From Candidatus Zixiibacteriota bacterium (GTDB taxonomy: Bacteria > Zixibacteria > MSB-5A5 > CAIYYT01), in contig JBECKX010000191.1 of NCBI GenBank assembly GCA_040235515.1, positions 1 to 20,479 on the forward strand: DNA of 20,479 nt, written 5' to 3'. How positions within the stretch are numbered: position 1 is the stretch's first letter; each line of letters begins with the position of its first letter. Shown here piece by piece: positions 7,224 through 15,075 of the stretch. The notes below the pieces were generated by a model, which was not told the DNA's origin, made no database searches, and worked only from the letters and a program-made list of their open reading frames with translations. The position numbers and the translations under genes were made by a program.

Positions 7224-8032
7224 GCATCTCCATCCTTCGGTATCTCTCCCAGGATCCTGCTGAGGCGGACGATGTCCTCCGGCCGGAGTTGTTCGGGTCG
7301 CGATTCCGGATCGAGGCGCATTTGCTCGAAACAAGCCGTGAGCTCGTCAACACCGAGAGAGTATTCTCTGCGCAAGATAGATCCGAGTTGTTTTCGTCGC
7401 CACCGGAAACAGGCGGAGGTGAGTCGGCGCAGGGAGGGATACTCTGCGTCCGCTATCAATGGTTCAGCCTTCCGTGTCAACATCACCACCGCAGAGCTGA
7501 CGCTTGGTGGCGGAAAGAAGGAGCCCGGCTTGAGGGTAAACTCACGCGAACAGTCATAAAACAACTGCACGAACACAGTCAGTGAACCGAATTGTTTGCT
7601 GCCGGGAACGGCGCAGACTCTGTCGGCGACTTCACGCTGCATCATAAGGAGAGCACGAGGAAAGGCGGCGCGATGTTCAATCATCCACTCGAGGATTGGC
7701 GAAGTGATGTTGTAGGGGATGTTCCCCACAAGTGTTGCCTCCGCCGGGGAGAGGAGTTCAAGCGGCTCCACCTTGAGGATGTCGCTTTCGACGAGATTGA
7801 AGTGTTCAACGGCCCCAAAACGCGTCTGCAGTTCCGCGATCAGGTCTGAATCAAACTCCACGACCGTCAGGCGTCTGCCGATTTTGACCAACTCCGCAGT
7901 GAGATCTCCCCGGCCACCACCGATCTCGAGGATATTCGCTGGATCGGAATCTGAAACCAGCCGGGCGATTCGTCGCGCTGCCGCTTGATTGATGAGGAAG
8001 TTCTGGCCGAGCCTTTTCTTGGGCCGCACCAT
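7220..8032 (-). CDS. rsmA: 16S rRNA adenine dimethyltransferase RsmA/KsgA
   Basis: PKKRLGQNFL, SAM-binding LEIGGGRG, VGNIPYNIT, MMQREVADR, FFPPPSVSSAVV, RRKQL, RPEQL. Confidence 0.96.
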   Translation of the reverse strand: MVRPKKRLGQNFLINQAAARRIARLVSDSDPANILEIGGGRGDLTAELVKIGRRLTVVEFDSDLIAELQTRFGAVEHFNLVESDILKVEPLELLSPAEATLVGNIPYNITSPILEWMIEHRAAFPRALLMMQREVADRVCAVPGSKQFGSLTVFVQLFYDCSREFTLKPGSFFPPPSVSSAVVMLTRKAEPLIADAEYPSLRRLTSACFRWRRKQLGSILRREYSLGVDELTACFEQMRLDPESRPEQLRPEDIVRLSRILGEIPKDGDA

Positions 8033-8038
8033 GGTCCC

Positions 8039-8800
8039 CTATTCGAATTCGAAGAATTGGTTTGCGTTCCCGTCGATCTTCCGTTCCAGTTCTCCGAGGT
8101 CCATTTGCAGTAGCTCCGCGAGATGCTGATACACCAGCGCGACGTGAGCAGGTTCATTGCGTTTGCCGCGGAAAGGGTGAGGTGTGAGGTAAGGAGCATC
8201 GGTCTCCAGCAGGATACGGTCCAGCGGCACATCCTTTACGATCTCGGGAAGCTTCGAGTTCTTGAAGGTAAGCACGCCGCCGAACGCGAGATAGAAGCCA
8301 TAGTCCAGGGCGCGCTGCGCGTCCCGCTTGCTGCCAAGAAAACAGTGGAGCAGGACATTGGTTTTGAAAGCCTCCTCTGCAATCAAGATGTCGATCGCCT
8401 CCTCATAGGCGTCGCGAATATGGAGCACCAGCGGCAAGCCGAGTTCCCTGGCCAGAGCAATCTGCCGCACGAACACCTCGCGCTGAACGTCACGGGGTGA
8501 ATTGTCGCGGTAGAAATCAAGACCAACTTCGCCGATCGCGACGACCTTGAAGTTATTGGCGAGTTCGCGCAGTCGCTGTTCGGCGTCATCGGAGTAGTTT
8601 CTGGCATCGTGCGGGTGGAAGCCGACGACGGCGAAGATATCATCGTGCGCATTGGCAAGGTCAACTGAAGCTTGCGAAGATTTCATATCGGTGCCGATGT
8701 TCACAATCCGGGTCAGTCCGGCTTCGCGGGCATTGGCCAGCACCTGGTCGAAATCCTCCTTAAAATCGGGGAAATCGAGATGGCAATGTGTATCGATCAT
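8039..8800 (-). CDS. tatD: TatD family metal-dependent nuclease/hydrolase
   Basis: MIDTHCHLD, GFHPH, AIGEVGLD, LHIR, LHCF, ETDAPYL, RGKRNEP. Start ATG 8800 (alternative TTG 8830 directly after the metG stop). Confidence 0.95.
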   Translation of the reverse strand: MIDTHCHLDFPDFKEDFDQVLANAREAGLTRIVNIGTDMKSSQASVDLANAHDDIFAVVGFHPHDARNYSDDAEQRLRELANNFKVVAIGEVGLDFYRDNSPRDVQREVFVRQIALARELGLPLVLHIRDAYEEAIDILIAEEAFKTNVLLHCFLGSKRDAQRALDYGFYLAFGGVLTFKNSKLPEIVKDVPLDRILLETDAPYLTPHPFRGKRNEPAHVALVYQHLAELLQMDLGELERKIDGNANQFFEFE

Positions 8801-8830
8801 AGAGATAACTGCGGCGATGCGTGCGGGCAA

Positions 8831-10762
8831 CTAGCCGACATCGGCGCCTGATGGAATATCGCCGTCGACGGTGACAAGCGTCAGCTCCTTGCCTTTTTTG
8901 GCTGCGAGCAACATGCCGTGCGACTCGACTCCACGAATCGTGGCGGGTTGCAGGTTGCTGACGACGATGATCTTCTTGCCGATCAGTTGGTCCGGCTGAT
9001 AGTATTGAGCGATGCCTGCGATGATCTGGCGTTTCTCCTCACCCAGCTTGATTTGAAGTCGAAGCAGCTTATCGGCCTTCGGAACAGGTTCACATTCGAC
9101 CACCTCGGCTACCTTCAACTTGCTGCGGAAGAAATCATCGATGGTGACAAGTCCGGCTGCGTCCTCATCCGCAGGCGATTTCTTCGTTTCAGCCGGCTTC
9201 GGTTCATCCTTAGGCGGCTGCAGGCGCGGGAAGATATTTTCACCGGGGTTGAGCTTTGATCCCGGTTTCAGGAATCCTGCCTGCTGGATCGTGGCAATCT
9301 GCGGTTGAAAGTCGCGCGGCAATCCGAGCATGCTGAAAACCTGCTCTGATTTCTGCGGCATGATTGGCCACGTGAGTGTGGCGACGACGCCGACGGCCTC
9401 GAGCGAGCGGTAGAGAACTTCAGCGAGTTTTTCGGTTTCACCCTGCTTCGCGAGTTCCCAGGGCTTGTTGTAGTCGAAGAAGCGGTTGGCAGCGCGGATC
9501 AGATTCCAGATCGAGTCGATGGCGCTGAGCACGTCGATATCGCGAACCTGCTTCATTACATCAGCGGGTGTGCGCGTGATCACCTCATGCAGCTCATCCT
9601 CCGGCTTGAGGGCCGACGGATCGACCGGCGGAATTTTGCCATGAAAGTTGGAGAGAGTCATTTTGGTGACACGGCTCACGAGGTTGCCGTAATCGTTGGC
9701 GAGATCGGAGTTATATTTCTCGTAGAGGCGCGGATAGCTGATGTCACCATCCTGGTGGAATGGGAACTGTGAGGTTAGCAGGAAACGCGCGGCATCCCGC
9801 CCGAACTGCTCGACCAGGTGTTCGTTCGAGATGACATTTCCGAGTGACTTACTGATTTTCTGGCCATTGATCGAGATGTAGCCGTGGATGAACATGATAT
9901 CGGGCACCTTCAAACCGGCTGCCAGCAACATGGCGGGCCAGAAAATGGCGTGGAACTTGAGGATATCCTTGGCCATCAGGTGAACGATTTGTCCCCTGTT
10001 CCACCATTTGTCGAATTCATCCGGGTTGTCGGCATAGCCGATCGCCGTTATGTAGTTCGGCAGCGCATCGACCCAGACATAGGTCTTCTGTTCCGGGTCA
10101 AAGGGAAGATCGATTCCCCAATTGAGGCGCTCGCGCGAAATCGAGAAATCGCTCAGGTCCTGTTTGAGCAAGCCGAGCACCTCATTGCGGCGCCCTTCCG
10201 GCATAATCTTGATCCGATTCGATTCGATCAGCTCGCGTACCTGATCCAGGTAAGATGTCAGGCGGAAGAAGTAGTTATTCTCGACAACCTTCTCAGGCTT
10301 GGTGAGGTGGTTGGGACATAGCCCATCATCTGTCAACTCTTTCTCGGTGATGAATTTCTCGCAGCCGGTGCAATAGAGCCCCTCATACTTGCCTTTATAG
10401 ATGACCGATTGACCGTCCGGAGTTTTGGCTTCCCAGAGCACCGAAAGCAGCTTCTGCACGCCCTGCTTGTGGCGTTCGGAGGTTGTGCGGATAAAATAGT
10501 CGTAGCTGATACCGAGCACGCTGAGCGACTTGACGAACTTCTCGTAATTCTCGTCGCACAATTGTTGTGGGGTCTTCCCCTGCGCGAGGGCGGCCTCCTC
10601 CACTTTGGCGCCATGTTCGTCCATACCGGTGAGATAGAATGACTCCTCCCCGGCGAGGCTATGGAAGCGTTTCAGGATATCGGTAATTACGGAGGTATAC
10701 CCGTGGCCGATGTGCAATTCGGCGTTGGCATAGTAGATTGGCGTCGTGATATAGAAGTTCAT
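8831..10762 (-). CDS. metG: Methionine--tRNA ligase with C-terminal tRNA-binding OB domain
   Basis: FYITTPIYY, HIGH, GMDEHG, Zn knuckle CTGC...CPNH, YVWVDAL, KDILKFHAIFWPA, KISKS, and C-terminal KLLRLQIKLGEEKRQIIAGI...GVESHGMLLAA. Confidence 0.98.
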   Translation of the reverse strand: MNFYITTPIYYANAELHIGHGYTSVITDILKRFHSLAGEESFYLTGMDEHGAKVEEAALAQGKTPQQLCDENYEKFVKSLSVLGISYDYFIRTTSERHKQGVQKLLSVLWEAKTPDGQSVIYKGKYEGLYCTGCEKFITEKELTDDGLCPNHLTKPEKVVENNYFFRLTSYLDQVRELIESNRIKIMPEGRRNEVLGLLKQDLSDFSISRERLNWGIDLPFDPEQKTYVWVDALPNYITAIGYADNPDEFDKWWNRGQIVHLMAKDILKFHAIFWPAMLLAAGLKVPDIMFIHGYISINGQKISKSLGNVISNEHLVEQFGRDAARFLLTSQFPFHQDGDISYPRLYEKYNSDLANDYGNLVSRVTKMTLSNFHGKIPPVDPSALKPEDELHEVITRTPADVMKQVRDIDVLSAIDSIWNLIRAANRFFDYNKPWELAKQGETEKLAEVLYRSLEAVGVVATLTWPIMPQKSEQVFSMLGLPRDFQPQIATIQQAGFLKPGSKLNPGENIFPRLQPPKDEPKPAETKKSPADEDAAGLVTIDDFFRSKLKVAEVVECEPVPKADKLLRLQIKLGEEKRQIIAGIAQYYQPDQLIGKKIIVVSNLQPATIRGVESHGMLLAAKKGKELTLVTVDGDIPSGADVG

Positions 10763-10805
10763 GCGGTTGTCTCTTGCGCTCTAATGGTCAGGTCGGCGAG
10801 GCTGC

Positions 10806-11666
10806 CTATTTGGAGCCGTTGCCTGCTTTCTGTTTTTGGATAAACTCTCGTCTTTTGAGAATCTGGTTGAATTCTTTCCAGCTCAGGTTGTCGGTCAGGC
10901 CATCTTCGTAGCGAACCACCATATGCTGTTTGAAGACATTGACGCTGACGACGCGACACCGCCCCTGTTTACCCTCAATCTCGGCACCAACCTCCGGAAA
11001 CTTGCGTGTAGTCTCGAGGTAGTGGTTTTGCTCATACATGAGGCAACAGAGTAGTCGCCCGCAATTGCCAGAGATCTTTGCCGGGTTGAGCGACAGGTTC
11101 TGGTCGCGCGCTAACTGGGTGGAGATCGGCTCGAAGTCGCGGAGGAAAGTCGTGCAACATTGCTTAAGGCCGCAGATGCCATAGCCCCCGATTCGCTTGG
11201 CCTCGTCGCGCACGCCTATCTGTCGAAGTTCGATGCGCGTACGATAGGTTGACGCGAGATCTTTAACCAGCGCCCGGAAATCGACTCGTTCGTCGGCGGT
11301 GAAGTAGAAGGTCATTTTGTTTCCGTCGTACTGATATTCGACATCCACCAGCTTCATTTCGAGTTTGTGCTTCCCTATCATCTCCTTGCAGGTAGAGAGC
11401 GCCTCAATCTCGACATCACGATTATTCGCCAGTTTGTCGCGATCCTCGTAACCGGCTTGCCGAAGGATCTTGCGAGGATTCTCAGGCAGAATGGTAAGTC
11501 GACGGTCTTTGTTCAGAATGAGGTGGACGAACCCCATATCCTCGCCCCGCTCAGCTTCAACGATCACCCAGTCACCTTTACGAATATGGAGATTGAAGGG
11601 GTTATCGAAGAACTCGCGGCGGTGTCCTTTGAACTCTATCTCAAAAATCTGATCCTGAGGTTCCAC
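10806..11666 (-). CDS. ricT: PSP1-domain protein RicT/YaaT (stage 0 sporulation family)
   Basis: Start moved to GTG 11666 (GGAG 6 nt upstream), 286 aa; FYFTADERVDFRALVKDLA, RIELRQIGVRDEAKRIGG, Cys motifs CGLKQCC and KISGNCGRLLCCLMYE. Confidence 0.92.
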   Translation of the reverse strand: MEPQDQIFEIEFKGHRREFFDNPFNLHIRKGDWVIVEAERGEDMGFVHLILNKDRRLTILPENPRKILRQAGYEDRDKLANNRDVEIEALSTCKEMIGKHKLEMKLVDVEYQYDGNKMTFYFTADERVDFRALVKDLASTYRTRIELRQIGVRDEAKRIGGYGICGLKQCCTTFLRDFEPISTQLARDQNLSLNPAKISGNCGRLLCCLMYEQNHYLETTRKFPEVGAEIEGKQGRCRVVSVNVFKQHMVVRYEDGLTDNLSWKEFNQILKRREFIQKQKAGNGSK

Positions 11667-11737
11667 AGAATACTCCAACCTTTCCCGCTGGGGAAAATCT
11701 ATATAAAACAAAGCTGAAATGGTACGCACTCAGGTTG

Positions 11738-11766
11738 AATTAAGTTGTTGGCGGAGTGGGTGTCAA
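11738..11766 (-). promoter_or_regulatory. Possible sigma70-type promoter for the ricT-metG-tatD-rsmA operon
   Basis: - strand TTGACA (11766-11761), 17-nt spacer, TTAATT (11743-11738), about 70 nt upstream of the ricT start. Confidence 0.4.
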
Positions 11767-11820
11767 GCTCTCTCTGAGAGTGCGGCCTCGGAGAAGTCAT
11801 TGTGACATAAGAGAATATTG

Positions 11821-11849
11821 TTGAATTTCGGGAGGAATTGGGGCATAGT
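11821..11849 (+). promoter_or_regulatory. Possible sigma70-type promoter for the kinase gene
   Basis: TTGAAT (11821-11826), 17-nt spacer, CATAGT (11844-11849) in an AT-richer divergent intergenic region. Confidence 0.3.
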
Positions 11850-11894
11850 AGCTTAACTGCTCTATAAGTGGATCTTTTGAAGGATTGTGAGATT

Positions 11895-14800
11895 ATGCTT
11901 CATTCGGGCGACACGCTCGCGCATTTCAGGATAGTGAAGCCACTGGGTGAGGGGGGAATGGGAGAAGTTTACCTGGCGGAGGACACAAAACTCAATCGCC
12001 AGGTTGCCCTCAAGACGCTCCGTGACGACTTCTTCGATAACTCGGATCGCCGCGACAGGTTTGAGCGTGAAGCCAGGACGGCCGCCCAGATTACACACTC
12101 CAATGTGATGTCGATTTACGATACCGGGGTCGCTACCGCGCCGGATTCCGGCAAGGAGATTCACTATATCGTAATGGAGCTGGTACAGGGCAAGCCGCTG
12201 GATGAGTGGGTTGCCGGTCACAAGAGTGAGATCGCCAAGTTACTCCGTGTCGCTGAGGCGATAGGGGCAGGTATCGCTGCGGCGCACAAGCTCAATATTG
12301 TCCATCGTGACATCAAGTCAGACAACATCATCGTAACCGAGGAAGACGAGCCGAAGATTCTGGATTTCGGCCTGGCGAAACCGGTCGATCCGCTGCAGGC
12401 GAGTGAGCAACCGATAAGCGGGGAGACTGTCAAGCAGGAGCTTACCAAGGTTGGTACGGTAATCGGTACGGTTTCTTACATGTCGCCGGAGCAGGCGCGG
12501 GGTGAGACCGTGGATGCCCGCTCCGATATCTTCAGTTTCGGTGTTCTGCTTTATAAGATGTTCAGCGGCGAGATGCCGTTCACCGGTTCGAGCCAGGTAT
12601 CGATTTTGGCGAAAATCCTTGAATCACCGCATCCGCAGATTTCTTCCATCAGAGGGGACATCGACCCCGAAATTGAACGAATCATCAACAAGTGTCTGCA
12701 TAAAGATGCCAATGACCGCTATCAGGATATTCGTGATCTGGTAGTTGATCTGCGCAATCTCAGGCGAAGCTATGACAGCGGCATTTCGACCACAGTGTCG
12801 GGTGTTGCGCAAAGGAGCGACGTATTCGCGGCAGGCGGGAAAGATAGTAAGAGCAAAGTTTTCTTCCTGCGGGGAAGCCATCTGCTGATCGCGGCCGTGG
12901 TTGTTGTGCTGATCCTGGGCTATGTCTTCTGGCCCGGCGGCAGAAAAGGCACAAACACCGTCGCCCAGGCTCAGGAATACTCATTGGCGATCCTGAGTTT
13001 CGACAACCGCACGGGCGATGTTGAACTCGACTGGCTGGAAACGGGACTACCGGAGATACTGCTGACCGATCTGGCACAGGGGCAGGCGATCAGGCTGATC
13101 AGCCACCGCCGCATCCTGGAAGCGCTGGGAGGTGAGGGCCGCGAATTGAGCGAGTACTCCCGCGACGATCAGTTCAGGGCTGCCGCCGACCTGGGAGCAG
13201 TCCATGTGATCAGCGGCACGATTTACAAACAGGGGGAGAAATTCCGAATATCGACACAACTGGAGGAAGTCTCCTCCGGTGATGTTTTGATGGGCGAAAA
13301 CGTGGTGGGTTCTGATCCGTTCGATCTGGTCGACTCACTCACGGTCAGAGTGGCTTCATCGCTGAAGATGTCTGACGACCAATTCACCGACCATGGCATC
13401 TCGCAATTGACCACCGAGAATGCGAACGCCTACAAGTACTACCATCTCGGGATGGATGCATTCCTAAAGAATAACTACGATCGAGCTCGCGAGCTGCTGC
13501 ACAAGGCAATCACGGAGGATTCTTCGTTCGCGATGCCGTATTTGCGTATCGGAATGGCTTATGTGTTCGATGGGAAGCAGCAGGAGTCGCTGCCCTATTT
13601 CCAGAAAGCCAAACAGCTGGAGCACCACCTGCCACTGCGAGATCGTGGACTGCTCGACGTGTACGCCGAGCTATGGCTCTCAACGAACCTTGATGCGGCG
13701 ATGACCAAGTTGGAGACGCTGGTGTCGAACTATCCGGATGATCCGGAGGCGCTGGCGGTTCTCGCCATCATGAGGTGGCAACTGCTGACGGATACCACCG
13801 GTGCGATTGATGCGATAGAACGGTCACGGGCAGCCGACCCAACATTCCCGCTTACGAACACATTCGCCTATCAGATTTACCGAGGCGCGGGGATGGACGA
13901 CAAAGCCCTTGAGGAAGCTCAGAATCTGCGCAAATCGTTACCTGATTCGCCGGCGGGGTACAACTACGAGGCTGACCAGTATATTGATCGAGGTGAATAC
14001 AGCAAGGCGATCAGCACGCTGGAAGCGATGCTGGCGAAGTTTCCGAACTACGAATCGGGGTATACCGGCCTCGTCAACCTTTATACGCGCGAGCGCGAGT
14101 TCAAGAAGGCAAGCGAGTATGTGGAGAAGTTCGGAGAGCAATTCAAGGATGACCCCTACAAGCTGATCTCATACGCCCATATGAGGGCGAACCTGGCCAA
14201 CTGGGAAGGCCGGTTTCTCGATGACCTTGTCTATCGGCATGATGCGTTGAAGTATGCTCTTGAGACGGGTGACAGCAACCATATCGCCTCTTCGCTCACG
14301 ACGCTCGGCAGCTACAGTTCGCGATTGGGGCGCAGGGATAGTGCGCTGGTCTACTTTGACCGCGCCCTGGAGTATGTCCAGAACTTCGGCATGAGGAGCA
14401 GTATTCCGATTTCGATAGCGGAAGTCGATCCGAAGCGTGGGGCCGAGTTACGAGAGTATTTTGAGGGAGCGGTGGAGGATTTTCGGGCACGCGTGCCGGC
14501 CAACCTCTTCTTCGTTGCCACAGCCCTGGAGAAGATGTTCAACGGGCGGGTCAAGTCAGATACGGCATTGTACCTCGAGGGAAATCGCGAGATTCTGCAA
14601 CTGGGACAGAGTACTTCCACCAATGAACGGGAATTGGGAATCACGCTCATACAATTCAGGAAGTATGAGGAAGGCATCTCGCATCTCCTGCCCTATGTCG
14701 AGGGTAAGGATTTCTCATCGTCGGGTTATCATTATCCATTGATGAATTACTATCTCGGCGTCGCCTATGACCAGTTGGGGAAGAAGCAAGAGGCGATTGC

Positions 14801-14897
14801 GCGTTTTGAGGAGATGCTCAGGTATTGGGGTAAGCCGCAAATCGAGCTGGACGAAATCAAGGACGCGCGAAAGCGACTGGCTGCGCTGCGGAGTTAA
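11895..14897 (+). CDS. Membrane-anchored Hanks-type Ser/Thr protein kinase with extracytoplasmic TolB_N/CsgG-like domain and TPR-like repeats
   Basis: ATG 11895, 1000 aa (alternative GTG 11868). LGEGGMGEVY, VALK, RFEREA, HRDIKSDN, DFGLAK, GTVSYMSPEQARG, SDIFSFG; TM helix LLIAAVVVVLILGYVFW; SLAILSFDNRTGDVELDWLETGLPEILLTDL domain; helical repeats such as YYLGVAYDQLGKKQEAIARFE. Confidence 0.93.
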   Translation: MLHSGDTLAHFRIVKPLGEGGMGEVYLAEDTKLNRQVALKTLRDDFFDNSDRRDRFEREARTAAQITHSNVMSIYDTGVATAPDSGKEIHYIVMELVQGKPLDEWVAGHKSEIAKLLRVAEAIGAGIAAAHKLNIVHRDIKSDNIIVTEEDEPKILDFGLAKPVDPLQASEQPISGETVKQELTKVGTVIGTVSYMSPEQARGETVDARSDIFSFGVLLYKMFSGEMPFTGSSQVSILAKILESPHPQISSIRGDIDPEIERIINKCLHKDANDRYQDIRDLVVDLRNLRRSYDSGISTTVSGVAQRSDVFAAGGKDSKSKVFFLRGSHLLIAAVVVVLILGYVFWPGGRKGTNTVAQAQEYSLAILSFDNRTGDVELDWLETGLPEILLTDLAQGQAIRLISHRRILEALGGEGRELSEYSRDDQFRAAADLGAVHVISGTIYKQGEKFRISTQLEEVSSGDVLMGENVVGSDPFDLVDSLTVRVASSLKMSDDQFTDHGISQLTTENANAYKYYHLGMDAFLKNNYDRARELLHKAITEDSSFAMPYLRIGMAYVFDGKQQESLPYFQKAKQLEHHLPLRDRGLLDVYAELWLSTNLDAAMTKLETLVSNYPDDPEALAVLAIMRWQLLTDTTGAIDAIERSRAADPTFPLTNTFAYQIYRGAGMDDKALEEAQNLRKSLPDSPAGYNYEADQYIDRGEYSKAISTLEAMLAKFPNYESGYTGLVNLYTREREFKKASEYVEKFGEQFKDDPYKLISYAHMRANLANWEGRFLDDLVYRHDALKYALETGDSNHIASSLTTLGSYSSRLGRRDSALVYFDRALEYVQNFGMRSSIPISIAEVDPKRGAELREYFEGAVEDFRARVPANLFFVATALEKMFNGRVKSDTALYLEGNREILQLGQSTSTNERELGITLIQFRKYEEGISHLLPYVEGKDFSSSGYHYPLMNYYLGVAYDQLGKKQEAIARFEEMLRYWGKPQIELDEIKDARKRLAALRS

Positions 14898-14949
14898 TGA
14901 TAGCCGCACGACGACCGTCCGGCTGATACTCACCTGCAAATAATTCGGC

Positions 14950-14978
14950 GGCAGGAACTTCCTGCCCGCGAGGACGTT
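14950..14978 (+). promoter_or_regulatory. 17-bp near-perfect palindrome overlapping an ECF-sigma-like promoter signature
   Basis: GGCAGGAA-C-TTCCTGCC at 14950-14966; GGAAC (14954-14958)-N16-CGTT (14975-14978). No U-tract, so not a classical terminator. Confidence 0.3.
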
Positions 14979-15075
14979 ATTAAACGCCGGGCGATCTGAT
15001 TCGTTATGTCAGATGAATCGACTAAGTCGCCCCAATAATTCCATATCGCAATCATCATCAACCCTTTGGAGACAG

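Noticed and set aside
9845..9859. KISKS instead of KMSKS in MetRS
   Set aside because: Common conservative variation of the class I motif; the catalytic Lys is retained.
11796..11806. Short palindrome GTCA-TTG-TGAC in the divergent promoter region
   Set aside because: Only 4-bp arms and no match to an operator I can name; not distinguishable from chance.
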